From Octopus bimaculoides (lineage: Eukaryota): DNA of 47,175 nucleotides. Below the pieces are notes generated by a model. That model saw only the letters and a program-made list of their open reading frames with translations, was not told the origin of the DNA and did no database searches. The translations under genes were made by a program, and so were the position numbers. Below are positions 1 through 12,400 of the stretch, piece after piece (position 1 is the stretch's first letter; the number at the start of each line of letters is the position of its first letter). The DNA is taken from NCBI RefSeq assembly GCF_001194135.2, contig NC_068985.1, positions 40,114,857-40,162,031 on the forward strand. Reading direction: 5' to 3'.

Positions 1-750
1 TGTTGACGAATGATAGGGACCTTCTCTTTGTGGCTGGTGACTTCAATGGACATGTTGGACAACATACAGGGGGCTTCCATGGCGTACATGGAGGCTATGG
101 TTTTGGTTCCCGCAATGAGGAGGGAACCAGGCTGCTGGAGTTCTGCAATGCAAATGACCTTATGGTTTGCAATACTAACTTCAGGAAACCTGCCAGTCAC
201 CTAGTCACCTACAGTTCTGGCAGACACACTAGCCAAATTGACTACATCCTCGCCAGAAAAAGGGAAAGATAGCTGCTTATAAATGCCAAAACCTTCCCAG
301 GCAAAGAATGTACCCCACAACATAGATTAGTAGTTAGCGACCTTAGGATCAGGGCTAAGTGGTTGCCCAGAAAACGACCAGTATGGTGGAGAAGGGACTG
401 GAAGTTTAAAGATTCTGCAAATGGACAGAGATTTAGAGACATATTACTGTCAGGGTGCATACTCGACAGAGTGTAAGTACCTTGAGAGAAGAGTTGAACC
501 TAAGAAGCATCAGTTGTGATGTGCAAGAGAGACGATTGCACTGGTATGGTCATGTGGCGAGAATGGAGGACGATAGCTGTGTGAAAAAGTGCCACACCCT
601 AGCGGTTGAGGGAACCTGTAGAAGAGGTAGACCCAGGAAGACCTGGATGACATGGTGAAGCACGACCTTCGAACATTAGGCCTCACTCAGGAAATGACTA
701 GTGACAAAGACCTTTGGAAATATGCTGAGAAGACCCGGCAAGCCAAGTGA
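1..750 (+). mobile_element. RTE-clade non-LTR retrotransposon fragment, internally deleted (APE endonuclease piece joined to ORF C-terminus)
   Basis: 3-272 encodes GDFNGHVG...GGYGFGSRNEEG..LLEFC..NDLMVCNTNF.K..SHLVTY.SG...SQIDYIL (APE endonuclease of RTE-type LINEs), followed by a stop. 455-730 encodes LREELNLRSI..VQERRLHWYGHVARMEDDSCVKKC...EG..RRGRPRKTW (RTE C-terminal motif). No RT domain lies between them. Confidence 0.9.
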
Positions 751-859
751 GACCATAATCCGTGGTCTCTGCACCCATGGCAACCTTTCCTTCATTGGAC
801 ACTAAACTCTGCTTGCGAAGACCTGTTGGAGCAAGTGAAATCGAAATCGTAATTGAACC

Positions 860-1269
860 AAATTCGATGACTGGCACTTGTGCCAGTGGAGTGCTAACAG
901 CACCGTCTGAGTGTGATCATTGCTAGAGCATCTGTCTGGCTTCCATGCCAGTGGCACGTAAATAGCACCATTTGAGCGTGATCGTTACCAGCATCGCCTT
1001 ACTGGCACTTGTGCCAGTGGCACATGAAGAAACATTCGAGCGAGGTCATTACCAGTGCCACTGGACTGGCTCCTGTGCAGGTGGTACGTAAAAAACACCA
1101 TTTTGAGCGTGGCCGTTGCCAGTACTGCCTGACTGGCCCTTGTGCCGGTGGCACGTAAAAGCACCCACTACACTCTCGGAGTGGTTGGCGTTAGGAAGGG
1201 CATCCAGCTGTAGAAACTCTGCCAGATCAGATTGGAGCTTGGTGCAGCTATCTGGTTCGCCAGTCCTCA
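860..1269 (+). repeat. RTE-associated 3' region with degenerate tandem units and the common GGTGGCACGTAAAAGCACCC...AGGAAGGGCATCCAGCTGTAGAAAC tail, cut by a gap
   Basis: Recurrent (G)CCAGTGGCACGTAAAA(A)GCACC units at about 948, 1013, 1077 and 1143; perfect ACTGGCAC-TT-GTGCCAGT hairpins at 870-887 and 1001-1018. The same tail follows the second RTE copy at 34100-34295. Confidence 0.7.
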
Positions 1270-1767
1270 NNNNNNNNNNNNNNNNNNNNNNNNNNNNNNN
1301 NNNNNNNNNNNNNNNNNNNNNNNNNNNNNNNNNNNNNNNNNNNNNNNNNNNNNNNNNNNNNNNNNNNNNNNNNNNNNNNNNNNNNNNNNNNNNNNNNNNN
1401 NNNNNNNNNNNNNNNNNNNNNNNNNNNNNNNNNNNNNNNNNNNNNNNNNNNNNNNNNNNNNNNNNNNNNNNNNNNNNNNNNNNNNNNNNNNNNNNNNNNN
1501 NNNNNNNNNNNNNNNNNNNNNNNNNNNNNNNNNNNNNNNNNNNNNNNNNNNNNNNNNNNNNNNNNNNNNNNNNNNNNNNNNNNNNNNNNNNNNNNNNNNN
1601 NNNNNNNNNNNNNNNNNNNNNNNNNNNNNNNNNNNNNNNNNNNNNNNNNNNNNNNNNNNNNNNNNNNNNNNNNNNNNNNNNNNNNNNNNNNNNNNNNNNN
1701 NNNNNNNNNNNNNNNNNNNNNNNNNNNNNNNNNNNNNNNNNNNNNNNNNNNNNNNNNNNNNNNNNNN

Positions 1768-1823
<56 letters not shown>

Positions 1824-3694
1824 TGAGAAAATAGTTAGAAATATTGCTGTCACAGAGAGAATAACCTAGTCTTGCCAAGCAACTTCATCTCTTTGATGGA
1901 GTCACAGGAGATGGAATCCCCCAAGTCTACCAACAGCTGATTTCTTCCAGAATCAGAAGCAGACAAACAGACAGAAAGTAAAGTAGAACTGATTTGAGCA
2001 CAGGACTAGTACTTTATTTATCAAGCCCAAAAGGATGGAAGGCAAGGTCAACTTTGATGGAATGAGGTGGGTTTAAACCAGTCTTCTTAACCATGGTAAC
2101 AATTTTATGGCTACTTTTTCTATAAAAAATCTTTTTTCTCTCCAAAAGAGTATTGAAAACCTTACTCCCATTTGAAACATTAGAATTTCCATCTCATCTT
2201 TTTACTCTTGAAGGAAGTGATTTTTGCTGATAGAGACCATCCCAAGGCTCTTTCGGTTCTAATATTTAATTATCAGTAGAGTTTAGTAAATGACCAATTA
2301 GTTTATTAACTAGATAATTCATTTGATATTTTCCTCTAAAAAGAAGTTGCAGGTCAGTTTTAAGAGCTAATATTTAATCTTATCTCAGCAAGCAAGTTTC
2401 ACAACTCAATGGGGGAGTCATAGAGAGGTTGTTTTAAGACTGTGTATCCAGAGAAAATCAGTCTAGTAAATGCTATATTGGATTAGGTGACTGACACTCA
2501 TTGAAATACTTGAACTAAGAACAACATACTAATATAATATTTGTCATTCATTCAGTGCCATTGCTCTTCATACTTAACTATGGTATATCTTTATGGTTAG
2601 CTGGTTGACATGAGATATAGCATGTTAGGAGCTTATAGTTTGTTCTAACTACTGGTTGATTGAATAAAGAGTATAAAACAATGGATAACGTGAACACCTT
2701 GTGAAGAGAAAGGTATGTTTCCAAGAGAAAAGAATATTTTTTTAAGAACTATATTTTTTTATAGAAGAAAATGGCTAGAAAATACTGCTGTCACAGAGAG
2801 AATAACTTAACCTTGAGGGTCAAGTATCTTTGGGTATAACCACAATATCTAAATTTCAGTTTCATAACATAATTATAACAATCATATTAGAAGACTTTGC
2901 ACTATATTTTGGTTTATTCTTTTGTAATTATATATAGCTTTGAAATGAGTCACATCTCATTTTAAGGATGAATGGGGTCACCATCTTGGCAATGGCCAGT
3001 TTCGTGGAAGGTTGTCATCATAAACCCTTTCATTATTGTATTTATTTTGAGATGCTATGTGTTTCTTTCAATCACTTTAAATATAACAAAGAATTTAGTA
3101 AAATAACTTAGTTATCATTCAGCTAGTATTAGGAACATAAATTGTGACTAAGGTTTGGTGGAAGATTTTAATTCAGAACTTATGAAAACAAGAGATTTGT
3201 ACTCAGAGCCAGAGCCAATTTCAGCCGGGTTGGTAACGAAAGGGTAAGTGGAGACTTTGAAGTGGAATTGTTCCACCAAGAATGAAATCCAAGCCAGGTC
3301 ACAGATATAGATGAGTAGGAATTTCACACACACTCATTGTCCAACATATTCATGGAAACTTCAAAACATAACAGCTAAGTTAGAACTGTTCTCCTTCAAA
3401 CACATTCTAACATTAAAACTGTACATGCTTCTCTTGTCATAATCCTTAAGTGAAACAAAACAATATGCTATTTACTTCATTAATGATGTGAGAGAATCTA
3501 AGTCTGCACTAACTAGTTCGTTGATAGAAGACACATGGTATTACATACAAAGCTGAGTGTTTCTAAGTATAAACTTTCATCTTTTACAACAAACAATATC
3601 TACAAGAGTTTTAAGTTAGTTAGGTTACATCTGGCCTGAATCACTGACAAAATGCAATAGATAGTAGTTGTTAACTACTCAAAATTATTCATAC

Positions 3695-3752
3695 CCACTT
3701 GATTCAATTACAACCTTAAATATCATGAATCCATTTGATTTACCTATTCCAG
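3695..3752 (-). CDS. Candidate 58-nt coding exon of the putative minus-strand gene (phase 1 to 2; xGIGKSNGFMIFKVVIESSG)
   Basis: Acceptor tattgttgttgtttcag, donor TGG|gtatga. Only the phase-1 frame is open across the exon, matching the phase-1 end of exon 16607-16770. Confidence 0.45.
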
Positions 3753-4019
3753 CTGAAACAACAACAATACTATTTTCACTTTCAACAAGATTCACTTTAA
3801 TCTAAACTCAAATTTAAGTAAGCATTTTCCTCTCAAAGTTGTTTGCAACTGAGCAACTATATATGCATATACATGCATATGTGTACATGTATGTGTATCA
3901 CATATGTGCTTATGTAAATATACCCATGCATACACATATTTATGCACATTAGTGTCTGCATCCATTTATATATGTATGCAAGTAAATATATGTGTTAATA
4001 TCTGTGTGTACACACACAC

Positions 4020-4058
<39 letters not shown>

Positions 4059-4809
4059 GTATGTATGTGTGTACATATATATGAGTAACCAATAGCTTTT
4101 TTTATTTCAACAAATCTAGCATCATTAGCAACAATGTTCTTTCCTACAATATAAACAACTGAGATCCCCACCCACTGACCTTGCAATGCTGTCTGTATCT
4201 AAACTTCTTATCACAATAGAAGGTGGAGAAGAGAGAGAAAATAGAGGAAATACAACATACTAACCACAACCACCACATTATCAATCCTTTATTATTTCAA
4301 GTAACTAGGAGATGAGAAACACATTTACTTTTCTGTTAGTCCCAGTCTTAGATACTAATCTGTACCAAATTCTACTCCTCCTCACCCTTTCACCAATCCA
4401 CCCACACAATATTTTCCCCTCCATCTTTTCCCCACCTCTTTTGTTTCCTCATCCTCTCATGTGCACTTAAACATAACCGAAATCCTTCAGCCAAAGTAGA
4501 GAGGAGGAGGAGAAAGGAGCATCTATGTGATTGTTTAACCCAAGGCCTTCGTTGATTCCGCAAGACTTATTGACGACTTTCTACATTTGATCAGCCTATC
4601 TTTCTTTTATGGTAGGGTGTGTGTGTGTGTGTGAGTAAGAGNNNNNNNNNNNNNNNNNNNNNNNNNNNNNNNNNNNNNNNNNNNNNNNNNNNNNNNNNNN
4701 NNNNNNNNNNNNNNNNNNNNNNNNNNNNNNNNNNNNNNNNNNNNNNNNNNNNNNNNNNNNNNNNNNNNNNNNNNNNNNNNNNNNNNNNNNNNNNNNNNNN
4801 NNNNNNNNN

Positions 4810-4858
<49 letters not shown>

Positions 4859-5764
4859 GGGTTAGGGTGTGTGTGCGTGAGGGGTAGGACATAGTGGTTA
4901 ACCAGTGTTTTTCTTCTTTCCCTTTTAGATATAAAGTGTGACATGAGAGAATTTTGGTAGCTATTTCTAGCAGGCTAAATAACCTTTAAGAAGTTTCCTC
5001 ATTGGTTTGTTCTTATGTGGTGATTTGGCCTGCTAAAAATGGTAGCTAAATTTTTTTTAAATCTCACTCTAAGGAAAGGAGACATTATATGATGTAATCA
5101 GTGCTATATTAACCATTAAGCAAAATAAGCACGTGCTTAGGAGATTAAGGGAAGGAGGGGGCACCATAGAAATGGTAAATAGTTTATAGTACAAAAGAAA
5201 TCACTTTAAACTTGCTAAAATAATATTTGGGATGCCTTTATCTCTAAGTATAGATGCAGATGTGTTATCTAAGATTAATTTTGATTAAAGACTTGGCAAA
5301 TCAAAAAAGTAGGAGGAAACTTTTCAAGTATAAATAAAGTGGAAGTATACAAAAATAAACATTATTTTCCCTCTTCCTGTTTTGGTTTGTTTTGAAAAAA
5401 AAAATAAATTATTCTATGGCTTGTTATTGTTTATATTTTGGATTACATAATCTTTTATGGGGGGCACCAAAATCTTTAGGACCTCAATAGGTCTTAATCC
5501 AGCCCTGGACATAATACCAGATAATAAGCTGGAGGAAAAAAATAGAGATGGAAAGATAATGTAACATCTTTGATTACTGGTCTACTCAGAACAAAATGTT
5601 TGCAGTAGATTCAAAACCATCACTGATGAGCATGCAGTTCAGTACTTCATTCATTTGGTTATTTTTGCCTCCTCTACTCTAACAATATGCAACCAGTCAT
5701 CATCCAATCCATAAACTAAGACTAATATTTGAAAAAAAAAAAGACAAAATATAAAACATCTATA

Positions 5765-6215
5765 AAACATTATTTACATTTGACGGATATTTGCCCTCAT
5801 CATGTTGGTTGTTAACACGTTTCAACTGATATACCCTCCAGCCTTCTTCAGGTGTCTTGGGGAAATTTTGAACCTGGGTTCTCATTTCTAAGGTATTTTT
5901 CGATATTCAGGTCACTACTTGGAATCATACTCGGAATCTTATTAGTAGCCCACGCTCTTAACCACTACGCCATATGCCCATGGGCAATTATGGAGTGAAT
6001 TTTAGGGTTTATAAATCTAATATTTTTCTATCCTTCCTTAATACCGGTTCCCATATGCTGCTCATATCTATACTCGGTCTGCTTAGGAGGTTGTTGTGTC
6101 CTAGCATATGTGCTGCTTCTTTTAGTTTTCGTATTTTCCAATGGTGTTTTCCGTCTATTATTTTAACTTCATCCAACAGTGTGGGGTGGGGGGTCTCCAT
6201 TTTTCCATACATAAT
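5765..6215 (-). mobile_element. Penelope-like element 3' fragment (GIY-YIG C-terminus plus 3' untranslated/pLTR region)
   Basis: ORF 6009-6212 reads LDEVKIIDGKHHWKIRKLKEAAHMLGHNNLLSRPSIDMSSIWEPVL, matching the typical Penelope endonuclease C-terminal pattern (VKIID...W..RK.KEA.H......L.R.S..S.IW.P.L). It is followed by a hammerhead-like motif. Confidence 0.8.
5814..5856 (-). ncRNA. Minimal type I hammerhead ribozyme-like motif, probably inactivated
   Basis: Minus strand reads GACAC-CTGAAGA-A-GGCTG-gagggtatat-CAGTT-GAAA-C-GTGTT: catalytic core CUGAnGA...GAAA, stem II GGCUG/CAGUU and stem I GACAC/GUGUU. The NUH cleavage triplet is missing. Confidence 0.6.
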
Positions 6216-7292
6216 GCCTCATCTCTTAAATATAGAACTGTATTATCTATAAAACAGTTTGTTCAAAATATTTTACTTTCTGCTACAACTGAAACTTAGG
6301 TGAAGGACTGGAAAAGAAAGACAGATGTTCACTTACAATGGTTTCAAAATTTTTACTTACTAATCATGTTTATAAAAGCCTTTGCTTTTTTTTTGTTTTT
6401 TTTTTTGAGTTACAAGTAATTTATAGGCAATGGTTACAGTTGATTGGGTTAACTCACAGTATATGACTGTTACTTATTTTATCAACCATGGAGGAATCGA
6501 AAAGCAAAGGAGAGCCCGACGGGATCTGTACTTGGACCGTTCAAGTATATGACTGATATTTGTTTCATTATCATAGAAAAGAGAAAACCAGACATCAGTG
6601 ACCATGATTTGTCTCAGATCACGAAGGGACATAACTCTTCTGATTTTATTATCGTCTTTTGTGCAAGTATCAAGTGACAATTGAATGATATTGCCTCGTA
6701 TCCTAATTTCTATTAACCTTCTTTTTTTTTTATCTCTTTAGGCTACATATCCTATTTACAAACCTTCAGAGATCATGACTTGTAGATTGAGAGCAAATAT
6801 AAATAACAGTGTATCAAATAAACAATGCACAAAGAGAATTCAATCTAGCGTGTGTGTGTGTGTGTGTGTGTGTCATACACACACACACGTACACGTACAC
6901 AGAGTAATCTAAGTGTTCACGCATGTTTGATTGAGATACAAGTTATATATATTCAACCAACAGGTTAAAATATCATTGGATGGGAGTATTTAATAACGAA
7001 CAGTAGCAACATTGATGAGAATACAATGTGATTGTACAACCAGATCAATTACACAAAGAAGTTGAGTGATTGTGTGTGTGTGTGTGTGTGTGTGTGGTTG
7101 CTTATGTGTATGTGAAGCAGTTGTAAGGGCAGCAAAAATATCCTGTTTGTCATATAATACTTCAACCAAGAATACGTGTGTACGTGTGCATAAATAGATG
7201 TAGCTATTCATACGGGTGTGCATTAACATGCACGTGTGAGTATGTGTATGCATGCATGTATGTATTCAGTTATATGTGTATATGTGTGTTTG

Positions 7293-7353
<61 letters not shown>

Positions 7354-7779
7354 TTATATATTCAGAAATATATTTCTATATAAATGCATCAGTACATGTT
7401 TGTGAACACGTGTTTCTTTATATGTGCAAAGGAATATTAAAGTGTATGTTTGGGACAAAACGAACCTATGATGATGATGATAGACATTAATTTAAGATCG
7501 CCTGCTCATTGATAAAATTGCTTCTGATCCACACATACTCACATATTGAAAGTATTAACAAATGATGGGGGGTTTAATAGTGAAGATGTTCTAACATTAG
7601 CATTAATTACAGACAGAAGAGGGAAATATATCAGATAATCATGGGAATCAGGTAATTATTACAGCATTTCATTGTTCGTATAAGAGTAAGATAGACATAT
7701 TTTGGCTAATAAGTTAGCATTACAGTTTCAGAAAAAGGAAGGGAACTTAAAAACAATCAAAATAATATGCATATATATA

Positions 7780-7812
7780 CTAGCAGCTAAGCCTGGTTTC
7801 ACCCGGTCGGTT
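7780..7812 (-). mobile_element. Helitron-like non-autonomous element 3' terminus
   Basis: Minus strand reads ...GACCGGGTGAAACCAGGC-ttagctg-CTAG|T: an imperfect GC-rich hairpin about 7-10 nt upstream of a CTAG end followed by T, the established Helitron 3' architecture. The 5' end was not located. Confidence 0.5.
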
Positions 7813-8229
7813 TGGATGACGTCGCTGTAAAACCTGCTCTGTGTAAGCATTCGACTTCTTTGGGCACACTTACGTTAAAAAACAATTTTAGAATGACTTT
7901 TTTCTGTCAAAACGCTAATAATAACTGACCAACAAAAAAAGAAAAAAACCAACCAAGATTCAACCAAATCAAAAAATAAACCCAAATACTAAGCGAACAA
8001 AGATGAACCATCCCACTTCCACTGCATGCACACATACACACATTCACATACCCCCTTTTACGTACACACACATATGTTCACACAGAGTTGAAAGGCTGTT
8101 TGATTTATTTTCTTCAGTGTACAATTTTCATCATCCCACTACCAGGTATGACATCACCCCTTCCTTCCTTATTCATCTATCACCCCTTCCTTTCTCATTC
8201 ATAAACACAAGAGTATTATTATAGCAGAT

Positions 8230-8733
8230 TATCTCGGTAACTATGGGAGCTATGAAAAAAATACAAAGCCCAGCAGTACCACCGAATCATTCTACACATC
8301 TGTGTAATTTTTCATGCAATTCCACCCAGCCTTTTGACTGTGAATCCCAAGACAAGAAAGAATTGCCCATCTCATGAAACGAAAAAACATATACAGAACT
8401 TCATGCAGTTCTCTGGATATGATCAGAAAGATAGGGTTCGAGTATACAGGGGGGTTAGAAAGAAATTAGATAACATTATACGTAATGATACCAGTGGTAC
8501 CTGCCCTAGATATAGCAACAAAGACTGGAATAGGATACAAAGAACTTGTGACAAAGCAAACAGGGCGAACACGTCTTATAAAACCAACAAATATCAAAGA
8601 GTGATGTTTGTAGAGACCACAACCCATGGAGAACTAGCCCATAGATTTAGAAAAGCCCTGAAGGAGTCCAAACTCAACATTAAGATTGTTGAAAAGCCAG
8701 GGAACTCCGACAAATCACAACTATGTAGGACAT
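8230..8733 (+). mobile_element. Penelope-like element ORF fragment (region between RT and GIY-YIG), cut by a gap
   Basis: 8334 onward reads HIQNFMQFSGYDQKDRVRVY...RVMFVETTTHGELAHRFRKALKESKLNIKIVEKPG, resembling the MQ.SGY...R / FV..TP..EL.......I....L.IKVVEK.G pattern of Penelope-like ORFs. Confidence 0.7.
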
Positions 8734-9379
8734 NNNNNNNNNNNNNNNNNNNNNNNNNNNNNNNNNNNNNNNNNNNNNNNNNNNNNNNNNNNNNNNNNNN
8801 NNNNNNNNNNNNNNNNNNNNNNNNNNNNNNNNNNNNNNNNNNNNNNNNNNNNNNNNNNNNNNNNNNNNNNNNNNNNNNNNNNNNNNNNNNNNNNNNNNNN
8901 NNNNNNNNNNNNNNNNNNNNNNNNNNNNNNNNNNNNNNNNNNNNNNNNNNNNNNNNNNNNNNNNNNNNNNNNNNNNNNNNNNNNNNNNNNNNNNNNNNNN
9001 NNNNNNNNNNNNNNNNNNNNNNNNNNNNNNNNNNNNNNNNNNNNNNNNNNNNNNNNNNNNNNNNNNNNNNNNNNNNNNNNNNNNNNNNNNNNNNNNNNNN
9101 NNNNNNNNNNNNNNNNNNNNNNNNNNNNNNNNNNNNNNNNNNNNNNNNNNNNNNNNNNNNNNNNNNNNNNNNNNNNNNNNNNNNNNNNNNNNNNNNNNNN
9201 NNNNNNNNNNNNNNNNNNNNNNNNNNNNNNNNNNNNNNNNNNNNNNNNNNNNNNNNNNNNNNNNNNNNNNNNNAAGTCATCAGAATTTGGGGAAAAAAAA
9301 TCTTTAAAAAAAACTTTTTTTTTTCCAAAATTCTGACTTATTTTCTCAATATTCAATTTCTGTACATCACACCTAATAC

Positions 9380-9427
<48 letters not shown>

Positions 9428-9430
9428 AAA

Positions 9431-12400
9431 TATATCAGACTTCCACCTGGTTTTTCTGCACCTCTCCTACCTACACATGGATTATACTGGACTCTTCCGT
9501 TGATGAGAAATCTGCTCCAATACACCATGATGTTTGAACCTTTTGAACTTTTCTGTTCTACTTTTCCCTATTGTCGTTTTTCCTTACTCTGTTTTCTCTC
9601 AATCCGCACATTGTTACTTTGCCTCTCTCCCTTTCTTCTCCCTTCCTCTCTGTTTCTTCCTTCTTCCTCCTTCTTTCTCTTGTTTTTATTTTTCTTCTCT
9701 CACCTCTTGTATTTTTTCTCCTCACGCCTTTTGAATTTTTTCTCCCCACACCTTTTGAATTTTCCCTCTCCATGTCTTTATTTGCCTTTCTCTCTCCCCC
9801 CTTTTTTTCTCCTTTCTTTCTCTTTTATTCTTGTCTTTCAAGCATGCCCAATTACAAACCTTTCCTCCTCCACCTTCACCACTGCCTAAAAAATCACCTT
9901 TCCACACTTCTTTTCCACTGCTTTCAACCTTCTATTAACTTCCCTACTAATTTTCAGAAAAACACGCTTCTTTATCCNNNNNNNNNNNNNNNNNNNNNNN
10001 NNNNNNNNNNNNNNNNNNNNNNNNNNNNNNNNNNNNNNNNNNNNNNNNNNNNNNNNNNNNNNNNNNNNNNNNNNNNNNNNNNNNNNNNNNNNNNNNNNNN
10101 NNNNNNNNNNNNNNNNNNNNNNNNNNNNNNNNNNNNNNNNNNNNNNNNNNNNNNNNNNNNNNNNNNNNNNNNNNNNNNNNNNNNNNNNNNNNNNNNNNNN
10201 NNNNNNNNNNNNNNNNNNNNNNNNNNNNNNNNNNNNNNNNNNNNNNNNNNNNNNNNNNNNNNNNNNNNNNNNNNNNNNNNNNNNNNNNNNNNNNNNNNNN
10301 NNNNNNNNNNNNNNNNNNNNNNNNNNNNNNNNNNNNNNNNNNNNNNNNNNNNNNNNNNNNNNNNNNNNNNNNNNNNNNNNNNNNNNNNNNNNNNNNNNNN
10401 NNNNNNNNNNNNNNNNNNNNNNNNNNNNNNNNNNNNNNNNNNNNNNNNNNNNNNNNNNNNNNNNNNNNNNNNNNNNNNNNNNNNNNNNNNNNNNNNNNNN
10501 NNNNNNNNNNNNNNNNNNNNNNNNNNNNNNNNNNNNNNNNNNNNNNNNNNNNNNNNNNNNNNNNNNNNNNNNNNNNNNNNNNNNNNNNNNNNNNNNNNNN
10601 NNNNNNNNNNNNNNNNNNNNNNNNNNNNNNNNNNNNNNNNNNNNNNNNNNNNNNNNNNNNNNNNNNNNNNNNNNNNNNNNNNNNNNNNNNNNNNNNNNNN
10701 NNNNNNNNNNNNATGTCAATATCCACAACTTTGTGCGCTGTGTTAGGTTGTGTGCGCTATTCCGCGACACTCCACTTGCATCTAATGACGAGGACTGCTT
10801 CACCGACCTGGGCCACTGACTTTCCCAGTGGATGCTAGCTCCTGGCAAGTTCCAAGCAGTCAATCTTTTTGCGGGCATCTGCCAGCACGCTGTGGACTGG
10901 TTTGACTTTTCCAGGTGTCCCCGGCATCTGAACATCTTCCCAGCTGAACTCTCAGCCCTTCGAAGTCTCCGATGCCACAAAGACATTATCATAAAACCGG
11001 CCGACAAGGGTGGAGCCGTGGTGGTGTGGCACACAGACCTCTACAAGGCCGAAGCTCTCTACTAACTTCAAGATACCTCCTTCTATTGCCCTCTGCCCTC
11101 CAACCCCATGCCCAGCTACCAACAGACGGTGTCCTCTGCTATCCATGATCTCATCTCCCCCCACCGCCTCCAATCTCTTGTCCGCACCCCTTGCACCCCC
11201 ACAATTTACTTCCTCCCCAAAATCCACAAACCTGGTCGCCCCATTATCTCCGCCTGCAACTGCCCCACCAAACTCATCTCTAGATATCTTGACCATGTCC
11301 TTGCCCCCCTAGTGGCTTCTCTTCCCTCTCACATCCATGACACCAACCATGCTCTTCATCTGTTCAACTCTTTCTCCTCCCCTCCTGGCCCCTCTAAACT
11401 TCTTTTCACTTTTGTCATCAAGAGCCTATACACAGTGATCCCTCACCACAAGGGGCTTCGTGCACTCCAACACTACCTTGACCTTCGACCCAACCCCCAA
11501 CCTGACACATCCACCCTTCTTCGTCTGGCTGAACTTGTTTACTCCTTTAACTGCTTCTCGTTTGCAGGTGATTTTTACCAGCAGATCTCGGGAGTAAGCC
11601 ATGGGAACAATAATGGGCCCCAACTATGCGAACCTGTTTGTTGGCTATGTCGAGGCCCAAATATTCACAAGTTTCACTGGTCCCACTCCCAAACTATATG
11701 GTCGTTATATTGATGACTGTATCAGTGCGACCTCGCTCTTCCGTGAACAACTAGACTCCTTCCTCTCTTTTGTCAAATCTTTCCATCCTGCTGTCCACTT
11801 CTCCTGCACTATTTCCATTACCTTTCTCAACATTTCAGTCAACTTTCATCACTCCACTCTCACCACCTCCATCCACTGCAAACACACGGACTCACACTTA
11901 TACCTCAACTTCTCTTCCTCCCACCCTAAACACACCAAGCTCTCCATCCCCTATTCCCAATTCCTCCATCCTATGTGGATATCCCCTCACCACTATCCAC
12001 ACTGCCCTTGGCAGAGCACATTCCGTGGATCGTGCATCTGCTCTCTTCTCCTGCACCCACCCCACCATCACCTGTTTCCCTTCACTTACTACCCCTCCAC
12101 TCCAAGCTTTCTGGTGACTCCAGTCCGACCCCTCCCTTCCTTCAAACGAGCCCACAACCTACGTAATCTCCTGGTCCACAGTTTCTTTCCTAACCCAACC
12201 TCCCAACTCAGCTCATTCCCTTGCTCCCACCCATGTTGTCGCACTTGCCTTTACCTCTCCAACATCACCATCCTCACAGGCACCCATCATCTATCTTATC
12301 ATATCACCGACTCCTTGACTTGCATTTCTAGCAACATTATCTACTGCATCTCCTGTTCTCTCTGTCCTTCTCTGTACATCGGTCAAACGGGATGCCTCTT

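Noticed and set aside
6484-6543. HGGIEKQRRARRDLYLD resembles the Mad/Mxi bHLH basic region (HNEMEKNRRAHLRLCLE)
   Set aside because: No loop or helix 2 follows in any splice option and the conserved N/E positions are Gly; probably chance.
6474-6680. Minus-strand ORF ...IRRVMSLRDLRQIMVTDVWFSLFYDNETNI... as an exon of the minus-strand gene
   Set aside because: No pyrimidine-rich acceptor (upstream is A-rich on that strand), wrong phase after the 164-nt exon, and no recognisable homology.
11426-12155. Antisense and alternate-frame ORFs over the Penelope RT
   Set aside because: Shadow ORFs of a GC-richer coding strand.
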